Positions 40,116 to 53,800 of a stretch of DNA of 64,000 nt are shown here, in pieces. The position numbers and the translations under genes were made by a program. Source of the stretch: Paragordius varius (Eukaryota > Animalia > Nematomorpha). The stretch is taken from the NCBI GenBank assembly GCA_964247055.1, contig OZ176050.1, positions 10,726,001 to 10,790,000 of the forward strand. The letters run 5' to 3'. Each line of letters begins with the position of its first letter. Position 1 is the first letter of the stretch. The notes beneath the pieces were generated by a model. The model was not told where the DNA came from. It was given only the letters and a program-made list of their open reading frames with translations, and did no database searches.

Positions 40116-40489
40116 TAGTTTTTTGTTATAACATATATAGAAAAAATATCGTGCAATATAAAATTTTATTTTAGATTTTTTGTAAAAAAATGTATTTAGT
40201 TTACTTAATAAATATTTATGAATATGAAATTTAACTTTTTTTACTAACGAAAATGAGTATACTATGATATCTCTTTATTATATTGACTTTTATCATGCGT
40301 AACTTATATACTTCAACGTAAATAGTTTATATAATTTGGTATTCAATAGACAAAATCTTTTAATTTATAAAACATATTATTATTCGATACATAAATAAGG
40401 CATAAAATAATAATAGGTGGAATCGTTTGGTAAATGGATAAGTATTAATTTAGTAACACATATAATGGGATAATAAAGAATATATTAAT

Positions 40490-43400
40490 TTAAAACAAAT
40501 TAATCCAAGGGTACGATTTCGGACATTTGTTAAAACAGATAACCGGGTGACGTTCTTCAGTCCAAGTTGTTTTACTTATTTTGTAGCGACATTTTTTAGG
40601 CTTAGGGCATGCAGATTTTTCATTCCGTTCTCTCAGATGGTTACATTTAAAGGGCTCAAAATCATGAAGTTTTATATGTGGAACACCACCTTGTTTCATC
40701 CAATCCAAGACCTGAGATATGGTAATTATCCAAACATTATCGAATGACAGGGCATAATCCAAGAATTTTGCGAACCCTACATAATAGTTTTATTGAAAAA
40801 AAATAAGTAAATACATTGAAACATCAACATTTTTTAAGTAAAGGTTACTTAACCCTAAAATATTTTTAAACCATTTTCGTTTACCTCGTAAGAAAATTCG
40901 GTTTATTAGTTCAGCATTAGATCATTTATATTTTATCCAATTTAATTAAAAAACATAGGCATTTGTCAAGTAGTAACATTATTTGTCGAATACAAACGAT
41001 ATACATTTGAAAATAAGGGAGACGCCTTAACTTATCATCACGATAATTCATTGTACATATTTTATTTTATTTTTGTATTGATTATGTTAAATTCATAGAT
41101 CTAATTCCGCTAAGATATGGGAGTGAAACAAATATATAAACATATTTTACAATAAAGGAACCATTTATATAAAAATATCCAATTCATATTATGATCTACT
41201 AGATCTTTTGCAATCAATGAGGTTAATCCAAGGCCAAAAATTTTCTGTCAAAAACAAAAATATTGTTCGTGAGGTTTTCGATGGTTTGTCGGACGGTTCT
41301 TAGTGACAACATTAAATTAAATAATATTTTTCACCATTTTAACTTCTATAAAATTAAACCCAAAAACTGTCAGTATTTGTTTTAAACAAAATAATAAATA
41401 ATAAAAATTTTCATTTACCTTTAACCGTATGTTTAGCTTGAAAGTAAGAAGAATGGAAAAATAAGGGAAGCGGTGCCTTGTTAGAATAGTAGTGTCGCTC
41501 GAAATTGAACTTCATGTCTTCATATACAGCTTTGATAGTTTTGGGTTGGGGACATCCATCCACCATAGCACACGTATGAAATTTGGGTTCTGTGCTTTCA
41601 AGCGTGGCAGATTTGTATTGGAATAAGTCATCATTGTTAACACCTTTTTGAATAAATTTTTGGTAAAGTTTACAAAGAACGTTAATGTATTCCATGCAAA
41701 AATAATTTTGATAGTTTAAAACTCTTTTAAAAATGTCCGATGTTTCAATAATTTTAAATCGTTATGCGGAATGATTTAAAAAAATTGAAAATTTATTTTT
41801 TATACTTTGTGCTGTTGATTTTTTATTAGCATCATAGGAAAGTGGAGTGAAATCCTGTAATTCGTCATCGTAGCTTCTATAAGTTTTTTCGGTCATATCT
41901 ATATCCAAACTTTCTTTGCTATAAATTAATAAAAGGATGAGTCCAAGAAATTTAATAAATGCATTATGTCGTGAGCGGTATTAATAATAACCGTAATAAA
42001 TTTGTAACCTATATATAACATATCATAACAAACGCCTATACAAATAAAAAATAAAATTATTAAAAAAATGCCCAATTTTTGATGTATGAGCTAAATTTTT
42101 ATTTTGTTACAATATAATGTATGTTAGGATATTAATTTGACGATCTTAAATTTCTCCATAAGTGGTCGAACTAGTGATTATCTTTAATCAGTGGCCACTG
42201 TAACTAAATTATGTTGAAATAAAAAAGAAGGTTATCAAAGAGAGAGAGAACAATTTGTATGGATTTGAACTGGAAACTTTTGTGTCTCTGGTTCGGGTTT
42301 CACATATTTGAGAAAAACGGTTTATAGATATAATTCTAGTTTAGTATCTAAAGTTTTTTACATATGGTTCTGATTTCGGTTTGTTAATAAATTTGAAATT
42401 ACTTTGATTAAAACTAAGCAGAAATCTATCGTATTCTAATTTGCTCTGAAAATAAAAAGCTTTTATGTTTAAATAGAAAAACAATATTAAATTACAAGGT
42501 TAACATAATAATGAATGAATATTTTTTGGAACTGTTGGACACTGCAATTTCGTCTTTCATATAGATTTCAAAATCATTGTAGATTTGTAGGTTTCAAAAC
42601 GGTTGTAAAAAAATTAAAGCTTAGGTTATATGAAAACGGTCTCATTTCCTAATTTTATCAAACACCATTGAACAAACCAATGCGAACACTACTTTTCATC
42701 TCCGCCTTCATCAGAATTTATAAGTTGACTCTTTATGTTTTTCAGGTCGGAATCCTCAGATTCGTCCTTTTTCTTGCTTGGAATCAGAGATTGGAAATAG
42801 AGGAGTGGAACCTCCCATACTCCTGGCATAGCCTTTGTCGGACACTTTTCGATCAAACAGCTAACATTCTTAGCATTATCCAGAGTAAATGGGAAAAATG
42901 GTGGATTATTGTCTTGTAGGGCCCAGGAGGAATCATAAGTAAAATTTTCTTTGCGCAACATTTCAAACATTGTATTACCACCTTTTAAATATGATAAAAG
43001 TAATAAGGTTTTTTTTTAAACTATTTTATATGAATATCATAAAAAGAATGGAAAATTTATAGGTTGCAATTATGACACATATTAAAATATAAATGGTTTA
43101 TAATTATATCAGTAGTCTTAAGGGTATAAACAATTGGTATAATATCGATAATTATTAGAATATTATTTTTTTAAGTAGGTCCAATATCCAATAATACATA
43201 CTTTTATTAAACAATTAATTTTTGTTGAATAAATATAATCATTATTTCAAAAACTTAACACGAATTTGTAACCTGGCAAGTAAGGAAAGCAAATTTTTTA
43301 AACATAGCAATATTTCATTACCATTAATATTTGTGATAATATTATGAAACACCATATTAGATTTTCTATTCATTATATCAAATAATACAGTAAAAGTTTA

Positions 43401-46400
43401 AATTATACGGACAAAACGTAAAAATATAAAGACAAATATTTTTTTTCTAAAAGCCAACCATACTTTTTAAATAATATTTTTTTAAATAGTTTTTTTGAAA
43501 AAAATATTCTTTATATTTACGTTCGGTGTAATTTCATTTTTTACTGTATATCTTTGATAAAACATCAATATTAAAATAGACGACCCATCCTCAAGTATGG
43601 TGCTCGCATTCCTTTAATATCTTGTATAGGGATATTGGCTAATTTGCTGATAATACGCCTTTGGCCCACCATTTCACGTCTCCATTCATCGTATGAAGCA
43701 GAATTCCAATACGATTCCGGAAATTTGTGACTAAAAATATAAAAAAAACAGTGAATATGAGATTTTCATATATATATTTTACACTTTCAATGGCTGGTAA
43801 TATCACTAAATGTTTGATAATATTATTTAGCTAAAATAAAAAAATATTCCTATTTTGGCAACACAAGGTAAGTGGTAAATATATAAAAAAGTACTATTAA
43901 ATTACTATTAAAGTACAGGAGTAAGTATACTGGAAAGTTATTAATTATTGCCGAATAGTTAGGACAACAAAGGGCAGTATTATTGGCTAATAAATAGTAA
44001 AAAGTGAAAAAAATAACTAGAAGCCAATCATACTGCCCTTTGTTGTATTTGCTATTTGGCAATAATTAACCTCCTAGCAATGTATACTTACTAATACTGT
44101 ATATTAATATTATCTTAAAAATAAAACTTTTTTGTGAATAATAATATAAAAATAAATGGTTAAACCTAATAGAATGGGAACCAATCTCGTGTCCTAATCG
44201 ATACAATCGATTAACTCGTGAATAATCTGTGTATTCATGGGAAACAAAAAATGTAGCACCTATAGGGCATCCATTTGGGTTTTTGCGGAACGGTTGGAAC
44301 AAATATGAATATATGCTGTTGACAAAAAATTAAAAAATGTAATAAAAATAAAATTTTTACATCCATGTTTTATTAATTTTGTGAGGGAACCTAACAATAC
44401 ACCTACTATTTGATACCTACGTTTTCCTTCATAGTTTTGGCAATTATACTCAACCAACTATATATTTATAAATAAAAATCAAATGTATTACATTATAAAA
44501 GAAACAGATGCGATATCATAAAATATATTACTGGCCAAAGTATCTTTGTGGTTAAATAATAAAATAAACATTTAATACAAATAACTGAAAATAAATTGTA
44601 ACTTATCATAATCTTGTCGTCGTACGCTATCATCAAACGTTATCATAATGAGTTGTGGCATTTCATCGGGTTTGACGCTGGGCGGAACATCACTCGAAGG
44701 ACATCTGCAGTGCGGATGACTACATGTTTCAGTATCACATCCATCACCGACTGTGTGATATTTGATAATTCAAAAAATTAGTCGTAAAATAATTGAAAAA
44801 TCTTTAAAATAATAAGTCAAAAGAAATATTTTCCAACCATTGTTTTCGGAACAATTGAGTTCATCTGAGAAATCTTTGCAATTGGCTAATCCATCACATA
44901 AAGCGTCAGTCGGGATGCATTCTCGGGTATCTGTGCAACGCCATTCGTTAAAACGACACTTATCTTTGAAATTTCATATGCAAAAATTCATTATATTTTA
45001 TTTGGAATTTAAAATAGTTGGGAGTATGGTTTAAGGCAAAGGAGCTAATTTAACCGTTAAATCGTTTTTTAAAAGCAAACGTATTGAGCTTATAAAACAG
45101 TCCATTAAGCTGTTAATTAAGTATCGATTTGTTTAAGTCTGAAAAGTTTCATTTTAATTTTTTTCATATATATGCGTATTATGACCGCCATAACATGCCT
45201 AGTTGTCGCCCATTGTTTACACCATAATTGCACATATCAAATTATATTTTAGTTTAATTTCCAAAATTAGTTTGCGGTTAAGCAAAAATATTTTATAAAT
45301 AACCTCCTTGAGTATATATAACAGTTGTTGAAGTTACATTTTTAGATTCGGTAATAGTGTCAGAATATATGGTTTCTTCAATCACTTCATTTATTGGAAC
45401 TATATGCAAATATAATCATAAGAAATTATTTTTAAAAAACCCTTAATAAATAACATTGTGTGCAAAAAAATTAACAAAATAATTTTTTTCATGAGATAGC
45501 TTATAACCAAGGAATTCATTTGCCGCAAAATTTTTATTTGTTGAAGACCTAATTTTTAAAATATTGAGAGAAAATCAAAATTGGCCAAAAAGTGAAAATT
45601 AAGAATAATTAAGGCTTATTAAAAAATATATAAAACTAGAGATATGGTTTATTATTATTTTATCAGATATTTACAATTTATAAATAGCCTAAAATTCTAT
45701 AGTTAATGTTTTATAAAACTCAGATCAAAATCGCGTTTTTCTTTATACATACTTAAAAGACATAATTTTTTATGAAACTATTTTAATTATTAACTAGCTA
45801 AACTCACTATTAAAATTTTAACCTTCATATTTTATACAGTAACAATAAATTATATATCAAATAGAATTGATAAAATATTGTTTTTTATTTTTTCATATTT
45901 TTGTCATTTGGTTTATTAGAACCAAATTAATTTCGGAAGGCTGTTATGATGTTAGTCATGCACGTGTTTTGTTAAAATTTCGTTTATATTTTTATGCTCA
46001 TTTTAAATAAAATATCTATTAATTTAACCAGGGAGGTGCAAATTTAAGATTAGCAAATTCTTTATATCAATATTAAATAATTATAGAATAGTTGTCCGCA
46101 GAACTACAAGCGTGTTACTTTTTACACTTTAATTACTGACATCATGCATCCCATCAAGTAATTTTAAAGCATTTATATAAAAGTAACTTATATCAATAAT
46201 TTGAGTGAATAATTAATGTTTGATTTACCAGGTTCGACATTGCATTCCAATTCATCGGAGCCATCAGAACATTCAATGAGTCCATTACAACGGCCCTTGG
46301 CTGGGATACAGCCTTCAGTAGCACATTTGTATTCATCATCACGGCATTGTGTTTCATTGTATATGAGTTGTTTGAATTTATTTACTACAATAAAATATGC

Positions 46401-49400
46401 TTTTAGTTTTTTTCTTTACCAAAAATCTTGGATAGTTTCCTAAATTTTAGCTTGACAAAACCAATATAACTCATCGCTAATATACTAAAACAGTGATACT
46501 CAAACCGCGGCCCGCGGGCCGCATGCGGCCCTAAGAGTGCTTTAAAATTGCCCTATGACCATATTGATACTTATAACTTTTAACACATAAACGTATTTTC
46601 GATTTTAATATTAATTTATTTTCTTAGATTTAATTTTGGTAGTTTTTATTTTTTACCCAATTCGAAATGTAAAAAATTTCCCAACATTAAAATAATTTGA
46701 AAATTTTGGCACGCGTTGTTTCTGTTTCGTATTCTATTTCCTTTTCTATTTTGAAATTTTAATTGCATTCCTTTTTTGTATTTAAGCAAGCCTTTCACCC
46801 AAACTTGCATATACATATTCTTTTCACAGCTGTCCTGCCTCATTTTTTATAACTCATTCCCATAAAATATTTTTCAAATAAACATTAAATTTCAACTTGT
46901 TTTTTATAGCGTAAATCAAATTATATTCTTATTTTTTGAAAAAATTTACATAATATTTAAACATAATTTCAAAGGATGACATCTAATGCTAAAAAGCGTA
47001 AATTATCCGATGAAAATCGCCCTTAAAAAAGAATGGGAAGAAAAATTCTTTGTCCTTTAAAATAAAAATGTTGTAACTTGCCTTATATGTAAGGACAACA
47101 TAATTATAAAAAAATACAATATTGAAAGAATTTTACAATCCATTTTTCTCATAAATTACCAAAAAAATCATGAGGAAAAACGAAAAATTTAAAAAGATTA
47201 AGGAATTATACCAGAAAGGAAAATCTATTATGTCCATAGCTTTCTCCCAGGAAAATGTTGTATAATTAGCTTCGTATGAAATTTGTTATATGTGAAAAAA
47301 TATGAAACCGTTTACTGATTCACAACTAAAATGTCTAATGGTTGCACTTTTTTTGATAAATTCCATATAAAGATAAATCATGAGGCAAATTAAAAAACTT
47401 CAACTTTCTGCAACATGTGCTCGACACATTGAAGATATGTCTAATTATATTTTTAACAATACATTATTGGCTCTGAAAAACTGCAAATATTTTAGTAATG
47501 CTATTGATTCTAGCACTGATATTAGTACAACACCTCAATGTGCGCTCTTCGTAAGATTCTGCAACGACAACATAATCAACGATAAATATTTAAAATTTTT
47601 ACCAATGAATAATACCACGAAAGGAAGTCATTTTCTCGAAATAATAATTAACACTTTTTTCAATAAAAATGGTATATCTATGAAAAATTGGTTTCGATCT
47701 GCACAGATGGCTGTCCCTCTATGATTAGAATAACCAAAGGAATTATTCCTCTTTTGAAAAACAAATATAATTTACAAAATATTTCATCCTTTCACTGCTT
47801 TATTCATCAAACTTGGTTTCGCGTGTTAAAGATGAATCACTCAATTCAGTAATTAAAACAATTGTGGATATAGTTAACCACATCCGTGGAAGAGAATTCA
47901 ACCGCCGTAAATTCAAAAATCTTCTGAAAGATCTCCACAGTGAGTCTGATTATATTCTTATGTACACCGCTGTGATATGGCTAAGCCTTAGCAAAGTATT
48001 AAATAGAGTTTTAAGACATGAAATTCTATTATTTAGAAAAGATAACAGAAAGTTTGAGGAGGAAATTAATAGTGACACATGGTGGGTTTTATTAGCCTAC
48101 CTTTGCGAAACTACTTATAAACTTTTTTAATACGTCGTCAAAGAAGCAAAATAATAACCCTTGTTAATGAAATATCTTTTAAAAATTAATAATATAAACT
48201 AGATTTTATAAATTAAACACTCCTATATTTTCCAACACTTAAAACGATTCATGAAAAAAATATGGAATTTACCGCGGAGATTAATTTAATAATAATCTTA
48301 TATTTTTATCTAATGAGATATAATTCAGATTTTAAAAATTATATTAATAATTGCTTAAAACTCGTTTAAAATTAATGGCAAATGGATATATTTAATATTA
48401 AACAACTTGAGCATTTCGGTTTTGATCAGGCGCATATTATTGAAGACTTCGTATAAAAATTCCAATCTGGATATTCAAAGAGAATCGTAGAGGAGAAAGA
48501 TATGTAGATTGGCAAGATGTGCCAAATAAATATGAAAATAAAAAAATCTGCTCAAGTTATTCTAACTCATTTTCCCTCAACTTATACGTGCGAGACGTCA
48601 TATTCAAAAATAAAATATGTCAAGAATACATACAGAAACTGCTTAACCGATGATCATATGGACGACGTATTAAGATTGGCCTGTCATGAGGTAATCTCAA
48701 ATTTGTCAAATATTGGTTAATATCGAAATAAAAATTGTTATCAAAATATTTTAATTTTTTAAACTAAATGGTAAATCAGTTTTTAGCTGGATTTACATGC
48801 GATCCGCAAAAAATTCATTGTGCTGATTTAGAGTATAAATATGTGCATATGTGTTAAATAGCTATGGAATATTTGCCATTATAAGGTTCATGGCCCTCGA
48901 AAAAAAAATATATTTTATTTGGCCCGTCAAATTTTTTTGGTGAGTACCACTGTACTAAAATATGAATTGTATATATTTTAAGTAACAGTAAAAATTGAAA
49001 TTAAAAAATAAAGTGTAAAAATATATAGAATATTTTTATAAGCAAACCGCTAAACTTTTCTAAAGATTTGTTATAACTGATTGTGAACAAAATATGAAAT
49101 AGCTATGTAAATCGGTAACACAATCAATTTTATATTTTACAATCGTAATTAAACAATTTATATGGGAAAAATTAAGGTTAAAAAAGTTTGGATATCCTTT
49201 GAAAAAAATAGTCTTTTAGTTTTAACATATTGTGTGTATAATTTAAATTTTTACTGTATCTTACCATCTAACGTAGTGCAGTCTAATCTTTCATCCGATG
49301 CATCTTGGCAATCAATAATACCGTTGCAGATATCCTCAGGAAAAATGCAAGACTGTTTGTCATTACACAATATCGATTCCTCATAACATATCGCTAAATA

Positions 49401-50297
49401 TATAAATTTCTCAACAAACGATATTTTTTAATTAAAATCGAATATATTATATTATTGAATTTTAGCCAAAAAATTGTCTTTAATATTTTATTTTAAATCG
49501 AGGAATATTGCAATACTAAAAAGAGATCTTTTCTAACCATGATGTACCGTTTAATTTTCTCTACTACACTTTTGCACATGATTAAAATATATATAAATTG
49601 GATTGCGTCTTATAAAACTTCTTTTATGGTTATCATCTTCGATGACATAAACGCGAAACTTTTTGAAAACACTTTAAAAGTTTTTCTTTATCTTATATAA
49701 ATTTTTTACTTATTATTTTGTTTAACAATCCAAAAATCCACACCTTGCCGATGTTATATTTTAAAATATATATGGTGTTTTGCCCATTACAAATTATCCT
49801 AAAATCCAAAATTATATATATATGTCTTGGAAAAGTCAAAGTGTTTACTGGATTTAGGTGAATAACAAATTGCAGTAAGATTGGTCACATCAGATTTCGG
49901 AATACAGCGTTGAGAAGCATGGTTGTATATGTGATCCTTCAAACAATTTAGCATTAAAATTGTGTTGTTGAGACAATACCCAAACTTTTGGCAATTATGT
50001 ACGTTGGCGTACCGCTTATCTTGAACGCATTCAAACCCATCCTTAGGTTTCAATTGGTATATGCCTTATATTTGGAATTTTAAATTTAACTACTAATTAT
50101 TTTACGTATCGTTCAATACCATATTGGCATAAGTATTAAATATGATTAATTAAAAAAGTTTCATTACAAATATTTTATAGCCGACAAAGTATAAATTTCC
50201 AATTAAATAACCAAAAATAATGAAAAAAATAATAGATAAAATTTTAGGCTTAAAAAACTTTTGCTTTATTATAATTTAATTTATCAAATTATACCAT
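40490..50297 (-). CDS. Secreted chitin deacetylase (CE4), signal peptide-CBM14-LDLa-LDLa-Thr-rich linker-LDLa-catalytic domain, ~711 aa
   Basis: CBM14 exon 49849-50064 (six-Cys pattern CVQD..CQKFGYC..C..C..C), LDLa exons 49265-49393, 46229-46384 and 44838-44963, catalytic exons from 44603-44750 ([11 protein letters not shown]) to 40490. Signature [19 protein letters not shown]; motifs [36 protein letters not shown]. The 5' exons (ATG 50295-50297; 50212-50263, [16 protein letters not shown]) are tentative. Confidence 0.9.
46491..48952 (+). mobile_element. hAT (Charlie/SPIN/GTF2IRD2-like) transposon, 2462 bp, disrupted transposase from ATG 46976
   Basis: TIRs CAGTGATACTCA / TGAGTACCACTG; perfect 8-bp TSD TACTAAAA. 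Motifs AIDSSTD, CTDG (frameshifted), FHCFIHQ, WLS and the hATC segment [15 protein letters not shown]. An empty site is present in unit A at ~39107-39116. Confidence 0.95.
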
Positions 50298-50877
50298 AAT
50301 TTTCGGATATTAATAAATAAAATTGAATTATCCAGAATATATAAATGTGCTTCATCCAAAATTTTAGAAAAAAGTACAAGATAAATATTCAACATCTCCC
50401 AATCTAAAACATATAATGTGTATTATATCTCTTATTATACCCTCCAGAAAAAAGAGTTTACTAAAGAAATAAAAATGGGTTCATTAGACAATATAGTAAT
50501 AAAGATAGTCTAGGTTTTGAATAACAATCTTTAATATATCAAATAAATAATTAAAGCATTTTAAATTTATTTCGAGACAAACACTATATATTAATGCGTA
50601 TTGTAAAAGTAACATTATTATATTAATTAATTTATGAGAGTAATTGAAAGACATATAAATCTGAGGATCAAAATTTGCCATGACTATACAGTAAATATAT
50701 TATATATTGCCAATATTGTGTTGATAAATTAAGAATAATCTTTTACATTTTATAGATAAGTTCAGTCTAATCAAGATTATAATGGGTGCTTAAAAGATAT
50801 ATGCGTAAAAGGCAAAAAATTTAAATTATTTAATATCTTTTTTTTGTTAAAATTTTATTTGTTAAATAAATTATGTG

Positions 50878-53800
50878 TCATATTTGGGCTTTCTTTTCCA
50901 GTGTTGTTTTTTGAGATATTTGATCGGATTCAAAGGGTTTTGAGGTTGAAGATCGCGTCATATGTGCCCATGCATGTATGGAATCGTTTATATTGTAACA
51001 AATATCCATAAAATTTTGGGATAAAATATCTTTTATTACTGTATTGTTATTATTATTATTTGCATTATACTTTTGATGGGGGATTTTTTGTTTTGAAGAA
51101 TTTTCATCTGTGATAATCAAAATAATTAAATTAAATTAACCCAAATGATTATCTCCTAGTTCGAACATGCGGATATTTTCAAACATTTTAACAAAGTCAT
51201 AATTTTTAAAGATAAATCGCTAGTTTGTGGACTTTTTTAAGCCATCTAAATTAATATTATATAAAAAATGGAATAAAAATAATTAAGCCAAAAAAAGAAA
51301 AAAGATGGGTGGTTTATATTTTTATCAGTCCAAAAACGTAAAATATAACCTGAAAGTGAAGAGTCACCATCATGAGTAATATTATTCATGTTTTGATCAG
51401 CCAAATCTCTAACATATGATGAAGCATTACTACTTATACTACATTTATCCATATTGTCTCCCATAAGAGTATCTGCAAAGAAAAGATATTTATTTTATTA
51501 AAATAAATGAAAGTTAAACTTTGCATGTATAAAATGCATGCTTGCAAAAATAAAGTATCAATGTGTATACTACTATCTTCATCCTCAACCAATATTCTAT
51601 CCAAATATTCGAGGGTATCGTTGCAAGGCTCAATGGGACTGTTTGGGCGTATGTTGTATTGCCTGTTATTTTTGTTGTTTATGCCGCGATCTGAATCAAG
51701 AAAAAAAGTGTTTTATAATAAAAGTCCTTTAATAAAACTTGACGTTCTAGGAAATAATTTTGATTAAACATATTGATACTTGCTTACAAACATATGGAAA
51801 AACTTACATAAAGTCTGACGATATCTTTAATATTAAAGTAAAAAATAAATAAATTAACGTGTGTGTGTGCGTGTATATATATACAAAGTGAAGAACTATA
51901 AACTGCTACTATTTTATTAAACATTACCGGAAAACATGTAGAGCAAAGAAATTATTATTGCTAATTAGAATGAAAAAGCGAAAAAATCACTTTAAGCTAA
52001 TAAAACTTGGCTTTGCATATGATAACTGGCAAAAATTGATGAAAAACAAGAAATATGCATTTACTTATATACTAAACAGTAATCAACCCTATATTATTAA
52101 ATAAATATCAAGGTTCAAACAATCATATAAACATACTTATAGATTATTCTACACCCTTTTACATTTCTTTCCCATTAAATATTAAAATAAACACAAAACT
52201 TACCATATAGTCTAGGGATAAAATCTGGCGTAGCTTCGTGTCCAACCCTTAATTTTTCCTTTCGTTTTCGTTCTTCTTTCTTTTGAGTAAAATCAATCCT
52301 TAAACCATCCTTATCGTTTCCTATGTTATGAAACGATAAAAAATGTAATTATACAGGTAAAACGTGATATTAAAAGAAAGGTATTAGATAAACAACTAAT
52401 ATTTTAAAATTTTAATTTTTTAAGATACTCATCATTTGGGTCGCCAAGATAATAGAAATATTAATTGCTTATACATTCAATAATATAATTCCCAGGTATA
52501 ATATAAAGTTCATGTGGGGAAGATAAAGATTTTAAAAATATGGTAGTATTTTAAATAATTAGCCTTCAATTTTAACATTTTGTCTATATAATGTCAATTT
52601 TTACTGTAATTTTGTTCAACATTGTCGTTGTCAAGTAACAAGGATTCAGTTGAAGAGCTTAGAGCTTCAGAGGCCTCCTCAAGAATAAAAGCGGCCCGCT
52701 CATCAAGTTCAGGAAGGAATTCGTAAACATATATATCCGTATCCAAATCTTCATAACTATGCATTGTCGGTTGATGTTCATCTTTTTTTGGAAAAATATA
52801 TATATCAAATTTTAGAAACGGGTTTTAATTATATCAATGAATTATATCGTAAACATTTTGACAGTAAATTTAGGACTCTATAAAACGTGATAGTTAAGGG
52901 TTTTTTCATATCTTAAAGTTTTTATGCCTGGGCAATCCAAAATTTTAAATGTTTTACCAAAATAACTTTTATTTGGTGGATATTAACAAAATAAACAATT
53001 AGTTTCTTCTTATCTCATTTAATTATTATGCAAAATATATATATATATTATATATAATTCAAAATAGTATAATAAAAATTTAGAATATACCAGTATTTTG
53101 TGATTTTAAATCGGTCGTTCGAGTGCCAGATAATGTGGCTAAATAATTTGTGGGAAATTTAAATGCAGCAGGTAACCATGAAAAATATTTTGAGCTGGCG
53201 ATTTGTTCTTCATCTCGATTTTCTTTGGATTCTTTAGAGTCATTTTCATTGCCCTCCGTAATACTTTTAGGCGATTTTGCTAACAAAATAGATTAAAATG
53301 TAACTAAATAACTTAAAATTAATGTTTAACGTTCAATAAATTCCATAAATGACATTTATACCCTTGTTAAGTAGCGCTATACGTCCTTTAACGCCACTGT
53401 AATAAGATTTGGGAAAACATCGACTTACGTAGCGTAATAAATGTTTGCAACCAAACTTACTCACATCATAAAACAGAAATGGGATGAAGGAAAGATAAGG
53501 CCAAGTTATGAGAGACATAGCTGTAATAGAAAATAAATATGTGGTATAAACATAAAAATGAATTTTTGGAAATATTTTTTAAAAGGGCATGTTAGCCTTA
53601 CATTAAAAAACTCCTACTGTTAAATTAAAAATAGGATTCCTTTTAGTATTTTACTCTAACTAATTTATTATTCCAATAAACAATGCGATATGATGAAAAA
53701 TTCCTTATTTAGTTATAACTTATGGGGCTTTGCGATTTCGAATAAAATAAATATTTAATTAATAAATTAATTATTAATTAAATACAAATTTTATAAGACA

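Larger units (their letters stand above)
39420..49257. repeat. Tandem segmental duplication unit B (~7.4 kb plus a 2.46 kb hAT insertion)
   Basis: Starts in a truncated MITE A matching 32019 onward; ends 7 nt inside the intron after the LDLa1 donor (matches 39411-39418). Confidence 0.95.

Noticed and set aside
33120-46443. Plus-strand ORFs at 33120, 35334, 35389, 38873, 40547, 42668, 44840 and 46216
   Set aside because: They are antisense shadows of deacetylase exons.
50105-50165. [17 protein letters not shown]: signal-peptide-like frame with an in-frame TAA, hinting at a reassigned stop codon
   Set aside because: Its donor phase does not fit the CBM14 exon, TAA terminates other genes here normally, and a stop-free alternative exists at 50212-50297.
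51507-51767. Cys-rich plus-strand ORFs (CLGVCCIACYFCCLC)
   Set aside because: They are antisense shadows of RETREG exon 51571-51690.
52204-52240. ATPDFIPRLY resembling the anoctamin FTSDFIPRLVY motif
   Set aside because: It lies in a phase-consistent exon of the RETREG disordered tail; no other anoctamin features are present.
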